In this document: positions 10,105 to 21,952 of the stretch, piece after piece
Layout of the letters: the number at the start of each line of letters is the position of its first letter
Numbering within the stretch: position 1 is the first letter of the stretch
Program-made: the position numbers and the translations under genes
Source: Longimicrobiales bacterium
GTDB taxonomy: Bacteria; Gemmatimonadota; Gemmatimonadetes; Longimicrobiales; Gaopeijiaceae
Assembly (NCBI GenBank): GCA_965202805.1
Contig: OZ241869.1
Location: 1,024,001-1,088,000, forward strand
Length of the DNA stretch: 64,000 nt
Reading direction: 5' to 3'
Notes under the pieces: generated by a model
The model's input: the letters and a program-made list of their open reading frames with translations, nothing else
What the model was told of the DNA's origin: nothing
Database searches by the model: none

Positions 10105-11619
10105 CTAGACGGTAGCGTACTTCCCGGTCACGTCCACCTGCGCCCGCCCGGAGAGCAGACGGAACTGGTCTTCGCCCAGCAGGGGATCGTCCCGCAAGCT
10201 GATCTCGAGGCCGGTCGCGCTCGACACCCGCTTGCGGAAGTCCGGCTCCGAGTCGAGCACGTGCAGCGCCACTTCGGGATGGATGCGCACCGTAAGAACG
10301 CGCTCGCTCCTGGCGGCCGCGACGCGCCTGAGGCTGCGTTCCACCCGGCGCATCACGGTGTCGGGCGCGAAGACGCGGCCCAGCCCTCCGCAGTGGGTGC
10401 ACGGCTCCGTGATCGAGGTGAAGATCGACGGGCGCACCCGCTGCCGGGTCATCTCGATCAGCCCGAGTTCGGACACGGCGAACGCGCGGGTGCGGGCCCG
10501 GTCGCGCCCCAGGTGGGTGCGGAGTTCGTGCAGCACCCGGTCGCGGTCCTTCTGCGTGTCCATGTCGATGAAGTCCACGACCACGATTCCGCCGACGTCG
10601 CGGAGCCGGAGCTGGCGGGCGATCTCGCGCGCCGCTTCCAGGTTGGTCTTCAGGATGAGCGAAGCAGGATCGTTCTTCTTCCTGCCGGCGAAGCGCCCGG
10701 TGTTCACGTCGATCGACACCAGCGCCTCGGTGGGCTCGATCACGAGATGGCCGCCGGACTTGAGCCCGACCTTGCGCCGGAAGGAGCGGTGGATCTCCTC
10801 CTCGATGCCGCGGACGTCGAACAGCGGCTCCTGGTCCCGATAGAGCTTCAACCGGTCCAGCAGATCGGGCGCCACGCTCCGTACGTAGTCCTCGATCTCG
10901 CCGAAAATGACGGGCGAATCCACCGTGAGCGAGTCGAACTTGTCGCTGAACAGGTCCCGGATGACCCCGCTGATCAGGCGCGCTTCGCGGCGCACGACCC
11001 CGGGCCCGGAAGCGGCCTTTGCGGTCCGCTGGATCTCCAGCCAGCTTCCGCGCAGGCTCTCGAACTCGCGCGCGAACCGCTTCTCGGTCGCCTCCTCCCC
11101 CACCGTGCGCACGATCACCCCGCCTGAATCGGCCGGAACCACCTTGCGGGCGAGGGCGCGCAGCCGCGACCGCTGCCTGCGGTCCTCGATCTTGCGGCTC
11201 ACGCCGACGCGCGACGAGAACGGCATGTAGACGAGGAAGCGGCCGGCCAGCGAGACCTGGGCGGTCAGACGCGCGCCCTTGGTGCCGATGGGCTCCTTGG
11301 TGACCTGCACGGTGACCCGGTCGCCCTTGTTCAGCAGCTTCTGAATCGAGCGCTGCTCGCCATCGCGGCCGTTCCTGGACGGTTCGCCGTCCTCGTGAAC
11401 CACATCCGAGACGTGCAGGAATCCCGCTTTCTCGACACCGATGTCCACGAAGGCGGCCTGGATGCCGGGTAGTACCGCCTCCACGCGCCCCAGGAATACG
11501 TCGCCCACCAGCCGACCCTGGTCCGGACGGTCCAGCATCAGCTCTACGAGTCTCTTGTCTTCCAGCAGCGCCACCCGCGTCTCGCGCGAGGACGCGCCGA
11601 TGATGATCTCTCTCCTCAA
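10105..11619 (-). CDS. rng: Rne/Rng family ribonuclease (RNase G-sized)
   Basis: S1 domain (QAAFVDIG, KEPIGTKGARLT), IDVNTG, RQLRLRDVGGIVVVDFIDM, CxxC. Confidence 0.92.
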   Translation of the reverse strand: MRREIIIGASSRETRVALLEDKRLVELMLDRPDQGRLVGDVFLGRVEAVLPGIQAAFVDIGVEKAGFLHVSDVVHEDGEPSRNGRDGEQRSIQKLLNKGDRVTVQVTKEPIGTKGARLTAQVSLAGRFLVYMPFSSRVGVSRKIEDRRQRSRLRALARKVVPADSGGVIVRTVGEEATEKRFAREFESLRGSWLEIQRTAKAASGPGVVRREARLISGVIRDLFSDKFDSLTVDSPVIFGEIEDYVRSVAPDLLDRLKLYRDQEPLFDVRGIEEEIHRSFRRKVGLKSGGHLVIEPTEALVSIDVNTGRFAGRKKNDPASLILKTNLEAAREIARQLRLRDVGGIVVVDFIDMDTQKDRDRVLHELRTHLGRDRARTRAFAVSELGLIEMTRQRVRPSIFTSITEPCTHCGGLGRVFAPDTVMRRVERSLRRVAAARSERVLTVRIHPEVALHVLDSEPDFRKRVSSATGLEISLRDDPLLGEDQFRLLSGRAQVDVTGKYATV

Positions 11620-11669
11620 ATCCCTGGTTTCTCCGCGAGTCGCGGGGCCCGGGACCGCCCGAGGGCTCC

Positions 11670-12914
11670 CTACCCCGCCTTAAGCTCTGCGGCTCTTCCG
11701 CTTCCGCCGGCCTCGCGCACCAGGTGCCGAGCGATCAGCAAGCGCTGGATCTCGCTCGTGCCCTCTCCGATCTCGCACACTTTCGCGTCGCGAAACATCC
11801 GTTCCACCGGGTAGTCGTTCGTGTACCCGGCGCCTCCCATGAGCTCGACCGCTTCCGTGGTGGCGCGCATCGACAACTCCGAGGCGAACAGCTTCGCCAT
11901 GGAGGCTTCCTTCGAGAAGGGGCGTCCCTGATCCTTGAGCCAGGCCGCGTGGTACGTCAGGTGCTTGGCGGCCTGGATCCCCGTGGCCATGTCGGACAAG
12001 CGGAATTGAACCGCCTGAAAGTCGTAAATCCTGTGCCCGTAACGTTTCCGTTGCAACGTATACTCCAGGGCGGCGTCAAAAGCTCCCTCGGCGATGCCGA
12101 GCGCCAGCGCGGCGATCCCTATGCGTCCGGAGTCGAGGGTGCGCATGAAGTTGACGAAGCCCTCGCCCTCGGCCCCGAGCCGGTTCCCGGCCGGTACGAA
12201 GACATCGTCCAGCACCAGCTCGCGGGTGTCCGAAGCCCGCCACCCCATCTTGTCTTCCTTGCCGCCCGCCCGAACGCCCGCGGTGAAGTCCAGTTCCGCG
12301 CTGTGTCCCACCCCCAGACGGCGGGCCGTCTCCAGGTCGCACGTCGGCTTGGTGACGATGAAGCTGGTGATGCCGCGGGTGCCCCGCGCCGGATTGGTGA
12401 GCGCCGTGATGGTGAAGATCTCCCCGACGCCGGCGTGGGTGATGAAGATCTTGGATCCGTTGATGCGGTAGCCGTCTCCCTCTCGCACCGCGCGCGTGCG
12501 GGTGCCCGCCGAATCCGAACCCGCCGCCGGCTCGGTGAGCCCGAAGCCCCCCAGCACGCGGCCGCTGGCGAGCAGGGGCAGGTACCTCCGCTTCTGCGCC
12601 TCCGTGCCGAAGGTCAGGATCGGGCTGGCCCCCAGCGTGGTGTGCGCCGACACCGTGATGGCGTGGCTGGCGTCGTGACGCGCCAGTTCCTCGACAACGA
12701 GGATGTAGCTCAGATAGTCGCGTCCCATCCCCCCGTACTCTTCCGGGATGGGAACCCCCAGGAGCCCCATCTCGCCCATGGCGCGCACGTTCTCCCACGG
12801 GAAGGTCTGGCTGCGGTCGATCTCGCCGGCGATGGGCGCGATGTGTTCGAGGGCGAAGGCTCTGACCCGTTCGCGCAGGTGGGTGTGTTCCGGACGGAGA
12901 TAGGCTTCCATCAC
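11670..12914 (-). CDS. Acyl-CoA dehydrogenase
   Basis: [52 protein letters not shown]. Confidence 0.95.
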   Translation of the reverse strand: MMEAYLRPEHTHLRERVRAFALEHIAPIAGEIDRSQTFPWENVRAMGEMGLLGVPIPEEYGGMGRDYLSYILVVEELARHDASHAITVSAHTTLGASPILTFGTEAQKRRYLPLLASGRVLGGFGLTEPAAGSDSAGTRTRAVREGDGYRINGSKIFITHAGVGEIFTITALTNPARGTRGITSFIVTKPTCDLETARRLGVGHSAELDFTAGVRAGGKEDKMGWRASDTRELVLDDVFVPAGNRLGAEGEGFVNFMRTLDSGRIGIAALALGIAEGAFDAALEYTLQRKRYGHRIYDFQAVQFRLSDMATGIQAAKHLTYHAAWLKDQGRPFSKEASMAKLFASELSMRATTEAVELMGGAGYTNDYPVERMFRDAKVCEIGEGTSEIQRLLIARHLVREAGGSGRAAELKAG

Positions 12915-12923
12915 TCCATCTCC

Positions 12924-12995
12924 AATTCATGTGTTACTTCATGTGATATACGGTAACTCATTTATTATTTCATGTTTATATGATGTACAACATAA
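12924..12995. promoter_or_regulatory. AT-rich upstream region with a 21-nt direct repeat (31-nt period)
   Basis: aattcatgtgttacttcatgt (12924) vs aactcatttattatttcatgt (12955), 17/21 identical; directly upstream of the acyl-CoA dehydrogenase. Confidence 0.6.
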
Positions 12996-13125
12996 GGACA
13001 ACGAAGGCCCGTATCCGGGTTGGAGGGGGCGCAACACATGTGGAAATGTACACCGCGGGCGTCGATAGGATGCGGGCGAGCCGCGCTGGCGCGCGGTTGC
13101 CGCGACCCGAGGCGCGGGGTGCCGG

Positions 13126-14283
13126 TCAGGGGATGAAGCCGATCTCCCAGATGCCGACGCGGAGGTGGCCCGCGCCCAGAAACTCGCCCGCCCACAGAGC
13201 GTCGTCCCCCAGGAAGTCGACAACCACGACTCCTTCCATCCTGGTGCGGGCGATCACGGTCGCCGTGGTGAGGTCGATGACGTCGATGTGGCCGTCCATC
13301 CGGTCAATGGTCTCGAGGCCGGGCTTCATCTCGAGCGTTACGCGCCCGTCGGGTCCGCGGCGCTCCTCCATCATGTCCAGCCAGTCGTCCCGGAGCTGCC
13401 ATGACATCACCCATAGCCGATCCTCGGAATCGACGCGCAGTGCGCGAATCGTGCTGGAGGGAGGGTTGTCCGGGGACTCCGGAGCTTCCGGGTCGCGGGG
13501 CGGATCGTTGAACCCGGGCTGGAGGAAGCCCGTGACTCGGCGGCCTTCCTCGTTCCACACCTCGATCTCGTAACGGCGGTATACCGGCGAAGAGAAGGTC
13601 CGGTCCGCGGCGTCCGTGGTGATGATCCGGTGGAACTGCGTCGAAGCCGACCGATCATTCGCGAGGACGATCCTGCCCCCGAAGGATCCTGCGATCTCTG
13701 CACCGAGCAGTATGTGGAGAGGCAGGTCGCGGGCATCGGGAGTGGGGTGCTCCATGTTCAGCACCCACCGCTCGCCATCCCCGAGGGGACGAACGGCGTG
13801 GATGAACCCGGGCAGTCTCTCGTCCTCGATGAGCGCGAAGTCCGGACCTACTACGCTATGGCGGAAGTTCCCGTTGTCGAAGATGTGTATGCGACCCTCC
13901 CGGTCCGTGTGCACGGGCATTGCGTTTTGCCATTCCAGAGGGCCCTCGCCTGCGCGGCCGACTTCTCCCACGTACTCGCCGGACGCGTCGAAGACCTTCA
14001 CCGCCTCGTACTGACCGAACCAGTAGTTGCCGGCGCTGTCGCGCACCATGTGGAACGCTGCGCGCAGATACCCGTCCCCGATCGTGTCGCCCAGGACAAG
14101 CACCCGCTCGAGGGTGATGCAATCCTCGCACAGGGACTCCGATTCGCGGATCAGGCGCATCTCGGTGCTGTCGGTGACGTCGGTCCAGTGGGCGCGGGGG
14201 GGCTCGTCGGGCTCCGAGCAACCGAGGAAGAGGCAGGGAGCGACGAGGGTCGCGAAGACGGCGACGGACCTGGAGATGCTCAT
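13126..14283 (-). CDS. Putative lipoprotein, 6-bladed beta-propeller-like
   Basis: Signal peptide with LFLGC lipobox; VGRAGEGPLEW motif typical of NHL/6-blade propeller lipoproteins. Confidence 0.7.
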   Translation of the reverse strand: MSISRSVAVFATLVAPCLFLGCSEPDEPPRAHWTDVTDSTEMRLIRESESLCEDCITLERVLVLGDTIGDGYLRAAFHMVRDSAGNYWFGQYEAVKVFDASGEYVGEVGRAGEGPLEWQNAMPVHTDREGRIHIFDNGNFRHSVVGPDFALIEDERLPGFIHAVRPLGDGERWVLNMEHPTPDARDLPLHILLGAEIAGSFGGRIVLANDRSASTQFHRIITTDAADRTFSSPVYRRYEIEVWNEEGRRVTGFLQPGFNDPPRDPEAPESPDNPPSSTIRALRVDSEDRLWVMSWQLRDDWLDMMEERRGPDGRVTLEMKPGLETIDRMDGHIDVIDLTTATVIARTRMEGVVVVDFLGDDALWAGEFLGAGHLRVGIWEIGFIP

Positions 14284-14588
14284 GCCATGGGAATCCTGAG
14301 TGGAGTTGTCACGAGGGAGTTCGCGGCCTGAGCCGGAGCCCGTCGTGGGTGGGCAGCGGCCGGACCTTGAGCCGTCCTGGTGGGCGTCACCACCTCTGCC
14401 GCTCCTGCGGGGCGCGGGAAGGGCTCGGGCCTGCGGGCGTCAAGGTAGGGGACAGCCCTTCGGGTTCGCCACCGGATGGCGCGCGGATCGGCCCTGGTGC
14501 CCTGCGCGTCCTCGCGTCATCACCCGCGTATTACGGTTGTATTACACTCCTTGCCGCGATGCGCCGGGTCGGCCCCTTCCTGCAACGG

Positions 14589-16100
<1,512 letters not shown>

Positions 16101-16369
16101 GGACCTGAAAGCTCGGCGCGGAGCCGGGGCGCTTCCATGGCCGGAGGGGACGATCTGCCCGAGGTGCCACGCCAGGAACGCGATCCTGGAAGGCAACACC
16201 GGCCGCATCGCATCGATGCCCCGGGAGTATCGATGCTCCGGGAGCGGTGCCTGTCCCGAGCGCGAGTTCTATACTGGATGCGCTGCTTGCGAAACGCGCC
16301 GCCGGTGACCCGACACGCTGGTCGGGCGAAACGGGTGCGGACCACGGCATCTACCGAGGAGAGAGGGCT

Positions 16370-17623
16370 ATGCGATATCGAACCATCCGGACCCGCGTGT
16401 TGCTGGCTGGAGGACTTGCTGCCGTGGCGGGGGCGCTGGCCTGCGCGCAGGATCCCGGGCAGGGCGCCCCGGGCGACGCCGGCGCGCTCGACGCCGATGC
16501 CGGCAACGGCGACGAACCCGTCCACTCCTCCGCGCGCCACGACTTCCGCGTGGTTACGGTCGCCGAGGGCCTCGACCACCCCTGGTCCATGGCGTGGCTG
16601 CCGAGCGGCGAGATGCTGATCGTCGAGCGGCCCGGGCGCCTGCGCGTGGTGCGCGACGGCGTGCTCCAGCCGGAGCCGGTGGCGGGCTGGCCGGAGGTCT
16701 ATCGGGACGAGGGCCAGGGGGGGTTCATGGACATCCTCCCCCACCCCGACTTCGCGGACAACCGCTGGCTCTACCTGAGCTACGGCAAGCCCAGCGAGGA
16801 CGGGGCCGAGGGCACCACTACGGTCGTGAGAGGGCGCTGGGACGATGGCCGGGTCACCGAGGTGGCAGAGATCTTCGAGTCCGATGCCTGGCATGGCAAC
16901 AACAACCACTTCTCGGGGCGCATGGCCTTCGGCCTGGACGGCTACCTGTACCTGACCGTCGGCGACCGCATGTTCGACCCCGACATGATGGCCGACCACC
17001 CGGCGCTGGACGTGACCAACCACATGGGCACCATCGTGCGCCTGCACGACGATGGCCGGGTGCCCGACGACAACCCGTTCGCGGGGGGCGGTGACGCGCT
17101 GCCCGAGATCTGGAGCTACGGACATCGCAACCTGCAGGGCCTCGCGGTGGATCCGGGCACCGGGGATGTCTGGTCAAACGAGCACGGGCCCCGGGGCGGC
17201 GACGAGCTCAACCTGATTTCGGCAGGAGGCAACTACGGCTGGCCGGTGGTCTCCCACGGCATCAACTACGACGGCACGGTCTACACGACGGCGGCATCCG
17301 GGGACGGGGTGGAGTCCCCGCGCTTCGTGTGGACGCCGTCCATCGGCATCTCCGGCATGATGATCTACCGCGGCGACGCGTTCCCCTGGTGGAAGGGCAG
17401 CGCGTTCGCGGGCGGCATGGTGGGCGAGCAGCTCGCGCGGGTCACTCTCGAGGGCACGGACGCGCTCGGGGTCGAGACGCTGCTGCACGGTGAGCTGGGC
17501 CGCATCCGGGACGTGCGCGAGGGTCCCGACGGGCTCATCTATCTCGCTCTGGAGCACGCGGAGGAGCTTACCGCGGTCGTGCGGCTCGAGCCCGTGGCGA
17601 GCGATGTGATGCCGCCGGAGTAA
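16370..17623 (+). CDS. PQQ-dependent sugar dehydrogenase (GSDH/YliI family), lipoprotein
   Basis: ATG 16370 with RBS; ALAC lipobox; GLDHPW, GQGG, SYGHRNLQG, EHGPRGGDELN, NYGWP, RIRDV. Confidence 0.92.
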   Translation: MRYRTIRTRVLLAGGLAAVAGALACAQDPGQGAPGDAGALDADAGNGDEPVHSSARHDFRVVTVAEGLDHPWSMAWLPSGEMLIVERPGRLRVVRDGVLQPEPVAGWPEVYRDEGQGGFMDILPHPDFADNRWLYLSYGKPSEDGAEGTTTVVRGRWDDGRVTEVAEIFESDAWHGNNNHFSGRMAFGLDGYLYLTVGDRMFDPDMMADHPALDVTNHMGTIVRLHDDGRVPDDNPFAGGGDALPEIWSYGHRNLQGLAVDPGTGDVWSNEHGPRGGDELNLISAGGNYGWPVVSHGINYDGTVYTTAASGDGVESPRFVWTPSIGISGMMIYRGDAFPWWKGSAFAGGMVGEQLARVTLEGTDALGVETLLHGELGRIRDVREGPDGLIYLALEHAEELTAVVRLEPVASDVMPPE

Positions 17624-17704
17624 GCCTCACCTGCGGCGACGACTGTGTGACGACGCTGCGGGGTCCGCTCGCCTCCGCCTGATGCTGCCCGGAAAATCTC
17701 TTTG

Positions 17705-18832
17705 CTATTCCGGGAAGCCAGCCTCGGGCATGTTGGGGATGATCCGGAGCGCGTTCGCGTAGTACACTTTGCGCAGAACGTCATCCGGAAGCCCCATGCC
17801 GTAGAGCTTCCAGAAGGCGTGGTAGTTCCGGTAGTAGTCGAAGTACTCGTCCTCGGTCTCGAAGACGCGCCAGTAGTAGGGATACTCGTCCGGCTGGAAG
17901 GAATCCTTCCCGAACAGGATGCGGTCCTGGTACCTGACGAAGAAATCGCGCGCGAAGCGGGGCTGGCGCCCGAGATCGTACAGCACCGCCCCGACTTCCC
18001 CGTGGACGTTCGGGAAGCGGTCGAAGAGGTCGCCCAGGCGCGCGAGATCCTGGGTATGCCATCCCATGTGCGCCAGCACCCAGGTCGTGTTGGGATGCTT
18101 CGCCAGCATCCGGTCGCGCTCGGCCATCAGCTCCTCGAAGGACGGGAAGCGTTCGCGGTCGAAGAAGCGGCGGTTGGGGAAGATGGCCAATTCGAGCCAG
18201 CGCTCGTTTTCGTAGTCGAGGGGCTGGAAGAACTCGGCGGGATCGGCCGTGTGGACGAAGACCGGGATCCCGAGGCGGGCCGCGGTCTCCCACACGATGT
18301 CGAGTTCGGGGTCGTCGAGCTGGAGGCGGGTGCCGTCGGCCTTGCGAGTCGTGAGCCCGAACTGCTTGCCGATCTCGCCGATGCCGACTGCCCCGGCGCG
18401 CACGTCCTCTTCCAGCCGGGCCGCGATGCGGGCACCCGAGCCGGGACCCACGTTGCGCAGGTCGAGGGTGGTGAAGAAGACGAAGCGATCCGCGTGGCCG
18501 GCGGCGCGCACCGCTTCGATCTGCCGGGTGAGGCGGCTGCCGGAGCTGCCCCGCGCCTGGACGATGACCTGCAGGTTCAGGTCGTCCATTGCGGCTACGA
18601 CCCGCTCGATGGTGGCCGGGTCGGCGAGCGACGGGGGATGCCCGTGGAGGTCGACAACCGGGAATTTCGCCCGCGGCACCGGGTTCTCGGGGACTACCAG
18701 GGTGGAGCGCGGCTGGTATTCGGTGATGCTCGGCGGCGGGAGGGTCGGCTGCGCGAAGTTCGGCCGACGGCCCTGCGCGGCCAGCGTGGCGGGCAGGAGA
18801 AGCAGCGCGGCGATCGGTGCGGTTCGGCGCAT
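17705..18832 (-). CDS. Secreted amidohydrolase-family protein
   Basis: Signal peptide from ATG 18832; VVDLHGH, VHTADP, LAHMGW, ILFGKD, VYYANA. Confidence 0.85.
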   Translation of the reverse strand: MRRTAPIAALLLLPATLAAQGRRPNFAQPTLPPPSITEYQPRSTLVVPENPVPRAKFPVVDLHGHPPSLADPATIERVVAAMDDLNLQVIVQARGSSGSRLTRQIEAVRAAGHADRFVFFTTLDLRNVGPGSGARIAARLEEDVRAGAVGIGEIGKQFGLTTRKADGTRLQLDDPELDIVWETAARLGIPVFVHTADPAEFFQPLDYENERWLELAIFPNRRFFDRERFPSFEELMAERDRMLAKHPNTTWVLAHMGWHTQDLARLGDLFDRFPNVHGEVGAVLYDLGRQPRFARDFFVRYQDRILFGKDSFQPDEYPYYWRVFETEDEYFDYYRNYHAFWKLYGMGLPDDVLRKVYYANALRIIPNMPEAGFPE

Positions 18833-19030
18833 GGGCGGGTGCTCCGGCGTGAGAGTGATCGGACACTCGGGGCGAGACGCGGATTGCGTTCGCGGCACGG
18901 AGACCGCGGGCCCCGGACGCATTCTGCAACTTGGCGAGAGGAGGCGGCGCCAGCCATGCCCGCCGGGCGTCTCCGCGGGCAGGAGGACCGGCTTCCTGAC
19001 TCTGGCGGAGTTGCCTTCGCCTGCCAAGCC

Positions 19031-19076
19031 AGTCTTTTGTCCGCCATTTCTTGCCGAAAGTGGCGGACAAAAGAGG
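19031..19076. repeat. Palindromic dispersed repeat (REP-like), copy A
   Basis: tcttttgtccgcca-N14-tggcggacaaaaga with perfect 14-bp arms; related copy at 50771-50816. Confidence 0.75.
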
Positions 19077-19218
19077 TCGTCGGCGCCAACCCCCCGCCGG
19101 GGCCGCCGAGAGTTGGCCCGTTGCGGGAGACCCGTGCCATGTTGTGGGTGACCCCTTCCTCGAACCCCATGGTGGCCGGGACGCCCGGTCCGGGCCCACC
19201 GCAGTACCGGAGGTCGTC

Positions 19219-20301
19219 ATGACCAGTTCGTCGTTGCCACGGAGCACGCCCGCCTCGGTGTTGCCGTTTCTGCTGCTCGGGGTCGTTCCGCCCGCCGCCG
19301 CCCAGGAGCCGGTGGCCTGGGGGGAGGACCTGGTGTTCAACACCTTCTCGATCGTCGGCATCGACCCGGAGACGGGGGAGTCCGGAGTGGCGGTCACCAC
19401 GCGGGTGGCGTGTGTCGGCAACGCCGTCCCGTGGGTGCGGCCGGGGGTGGGGGCGGTCGCGACCCAGGGCGGCACCCGGCTCGAGTACGGGCACGACCTC
19501 CTCGACCTGCTGGAGCAGGGCGTCGCGCCCCGGGAAGCGATGGACCGCGTGGTGGCCGCGGATGAAGGCCGGGAGCGCAGGCAGGTCGGCGTCATCGACA
19601 TGCAGGGCCGGTCGGCGCAGTGGACCGGATCCGGCCAGTACGGGGCCGAGGACCGGGGCGACTGGGTCTGGGAGCGCACGGGCCTCAACTACGCCGCGCA
19701 GGGCAACGCGCTGGTGAGCACCTCGGTGGTCGACTCGGTGGCGGTCGCGTTCGAACGGACGGAGGGGTCGGGGCGCCATCTCGCCGACCGGCTGATCGAG
19801 GCCCTCTACGCCGGGCAGGTGCTGGGCGGGGACGGTCGCCACGGCCGTACGCAGTCGGCGGCGGTGCTGGTCGCGGATCCGCGGCCGGGCATGTCACGCC
19901 GCCAGGACGGGGTCACGACCGACATCAACGTCTGCGAACACCCGGAGCCGATACGGGAGGTGCGGCGCATCTACGACACGATCTCGGAGACGCTCGGCTT
20001 CCGCAGCCTCCAGCAGTTCGCCGGCCGCGACGTCCTCCAGCTCAAGGTGATGCTGCACGCGCTGGGGTACTACCGGCCGGATTCGGCGCCGCCCTCCACG
20101 GAAATGACGGACGCGCTCCTCTACGACCGGGAGACGGTGGAGGCGGTGGACGCCTTCCGCGCGGCTCAGGCCTGGCAGACCGCCGTGCCCGGGTGGGTGG
20201 ACGACAACACCATCGCGCGCCTGTGGAGCCGGCTGGAGGAGGCGGGGATCGCCGACGAGGTGCGCCAGCGGCTGCGCGAGGTGGTGCGGGTGAGGCGGTA
20301 G
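19219..20301 (+). CDS. DUF1028 (Ntn-hydrolase-like) protein with C-terminal peptidoglycan-binding-like domain
   Basis: GGAGG RBS, signal peptide; TFSIVGIDPETGESGVAV, GVGAVATQ, AAQGNAL, GGDGR..QSAA; VLQLKVMLHALGYY. Confidence 0.85.
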   Translation: MTSSSLPRSTPASVLPFLLLGVVPPAAAQEPVAWGEDLVFNTFSIVGIDPETGESGVAVTTRVACVGNAVPWVRPGVGAVATQGGTRLEYGHDLLDLLEQGVAPREAMDRVVAADEGRERRQVGVIDMQGRSAQWTGSGQYGAEDRGDWVWERTGLNYAAQGNALVSTSVVDSVAVAFERTEGSGRHLADRLIEALYAGQVLGGDGRHGRTQSAAVLVADPRPGMSRRQDGVTTDINVCEHPEPIREVRRIYDTISETLGFRSLQQFAGRDVLQLKVMLHALGYYRPDSAPPSTEMTDALLYDRETVEAVDAFRAAQAWQTAVPGWVDDNTIARLWSRLEEAGIADEVRQRLREVVRVRR

Positions 20302-20456
20302 GAGAAGAACTCAGCGATGCTCGCGGCGCAGCACGACGCCCGGTCGCTGGCGGGCGGTGCGGCGAGCGGGGCACGTACAACGGCCGGGGTTGGGCGGCGT
20401 TATATTGGAGGATTGGGCGAGCAATCGGAAGCGTGGCGATGCGGCATGGTGGAGAG

Positions 20457-21650
20457 ATGAGCGAATCAATCCGGGAGAACGGCGCGGGCACCCGCGTCCT
20501 CGACTACCTGCACGCCGCCCGTGACCGGATGCGCGACCTGCTGGAGCGGCTGGTCGAGCTCGAGTCGCCCTCCATGATCGCCGCCTCCCAGCGCCCCGTG
20601 CAGGCCCTGCTGCGCGAGGCGATGAGCGACATCGGGTACCGATCCCGGGTCCTCCCAGGGCGTACGACCGGAGGCATCCTGTATGCCTCCCCGCGCGAGC
20701 GCCGCCATCCGGCTCCCTACCAGCTCATCATCGGGCACACGGACACCATCTGGCCCGTGGGCACCCTGAAGGGGATGCCCCTGCACGTGGAGCGGGGACG
20801 CCTTTATGGACCGGGTACCTTCGACATGAAGGCGGGCCTGGTGCAGGGCGTCTTCGCCGTGGAAGCACTCAGGCACTGTATCGGCGACCCCGAGGTTACA
20901 CCGGTCTTCGTCTACAACTCCGACGAGGAGATCGGCAGCCCGGATTCCAGGGAGCATATCGTTCGGCTGGCCATGCGTGCGGATCGGGCGCTGGTGCTGG
21001 AGCCGTCCCTGGGCGAGAGCGGGAAGCTGAAGACGACGCGGAAGGGGGGCGGGGACTTCACCGTCCACGTGACCGGGGTGGCCGCGCACGCGGGGCTCGA
21101 ACCGGAGAAGGGCGTGAGCGCGATCCTGGAACTCGCGCACGTGATCCGGCAGCTGCACGCCCTCAACGACCCGGTGCGGGGTGTGAACGTGAACGTGGGA
21201 ACCGTCGAGGGCGGGATTCGTCCGAACGTGATCGCGCCGGAGGCGAGCGCCGAAGTGGACGTGCGCGTGCCGACCCTCGCCGACGCGCGCCGGGTGGAAC
21301 AGGCGATTCGCGCCATCGAGGCCGTGGCGCCCGGGGCTTCGGTCGAGATCCGGGGCGAGATGGACCGTCCTCCCATGGAGCAGACGCCGGGCAATCGCCG
21401 GCTCTGGGAGCTGGCGCGGGACGCGGGGACGCAGCTGGGGCTGGAGATGGAAGAGGCCGGGTCCGGCGGAGGGTCGGACGGCAACACCACGAGCCTGTAT
21501 ACGCCTACGCTCGATGGGCTGGGCGCGGTCGGAGCGGGGGCGCACGCGAGCCACGAGCACGTGGTGCTGGAGCGCATGCCGGAGCGTGCCGCGCTGGTCA
21601 CGCTGCTGCTTGCGGCGCCGTCGATGCAGCCCTACGGGGCCGAGGCCTGA
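20457..21650 (+). CDS. M20 family metallopeptidase (carboxypeptidase G2-like)
   Basis: GHTDT, GTFDMKAG, SDEEIGS, AHAG, GGGSDGN, AHASHE. Confidence 0.9.
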   Translation: MSESIRENGAGTRVLDYLHAARDRMRDLLERLVELESPSMIAASQRPVQALLREAMSDIGYRSRVLPGRTTGGILYASPRERRHPAPYQLIIGHTDTIWPVGTLKGMPLHVERGRLYGPGTFDMKAGLVQGVFAVEALRHCIGDPEVTPVFVYNSDEEIGSPDSREHIVRLAMRADRALVLEPSLGESGKLKTTRKGGGDFTVHVTGVAAHAGLEPEKGVSAILELAHVIRQLHALNDPVRGVNVNVGTVEGGIRPNVIAPEASAEVDVRVPTLADARRVEQAIRAIEAVAPGASVEIRGEMDRPPMEQTPGNRRLWELARDAGTQLGLEMEEAGSGGGSDGNTTSLYTPTLDGLGAVGAGAHASHEHVVLERMPERAALVTLLLAAPSMQPYGAEA

Positions 21651-21726
21651 GGACCGGCGGGCTTCCGGGCGGGATCCCGGGCGAGTCCGCGCGAGCAGCC
21701 GGAAGAGGCGGGCGGACGCGGCCGGA

Positions 21727-21951
21727 TCAGAGTTGCCCGGCGCCCTCGTCGTCCGCGCCCTGGCCACGGACGCGCAGGTGGCGCAGCGCCAGTCCCGCGA
21801 GCAGCGCGGCCAGCGCAATCCAGATCAGCCAGGCGATATCGAGCAGCATCCCCGTCAGTCCCAATCCCGCTCCCACACACAAGAGCGCGACGCGCAGGTG
21901 CAGGTAGCGGTCCTCACGGGAACGGGACCGGCTCGCGAAGATGAACAGCAC
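21727..21951 (-). CDS. Small two-TM membrane protein
   Basis: GTG right after the crotonase stop; two hydrophobic helices; 74 aa. Confidence 0.55.
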   Translation of the reverse strand: MLFIFASRSRSREDRYLHLRVALLCVGAGLGLTGMLLDIAWLIWIALAALLAGLALRHLRVRGQGADDEGAGQL

Positions 21952-21952
21952 G

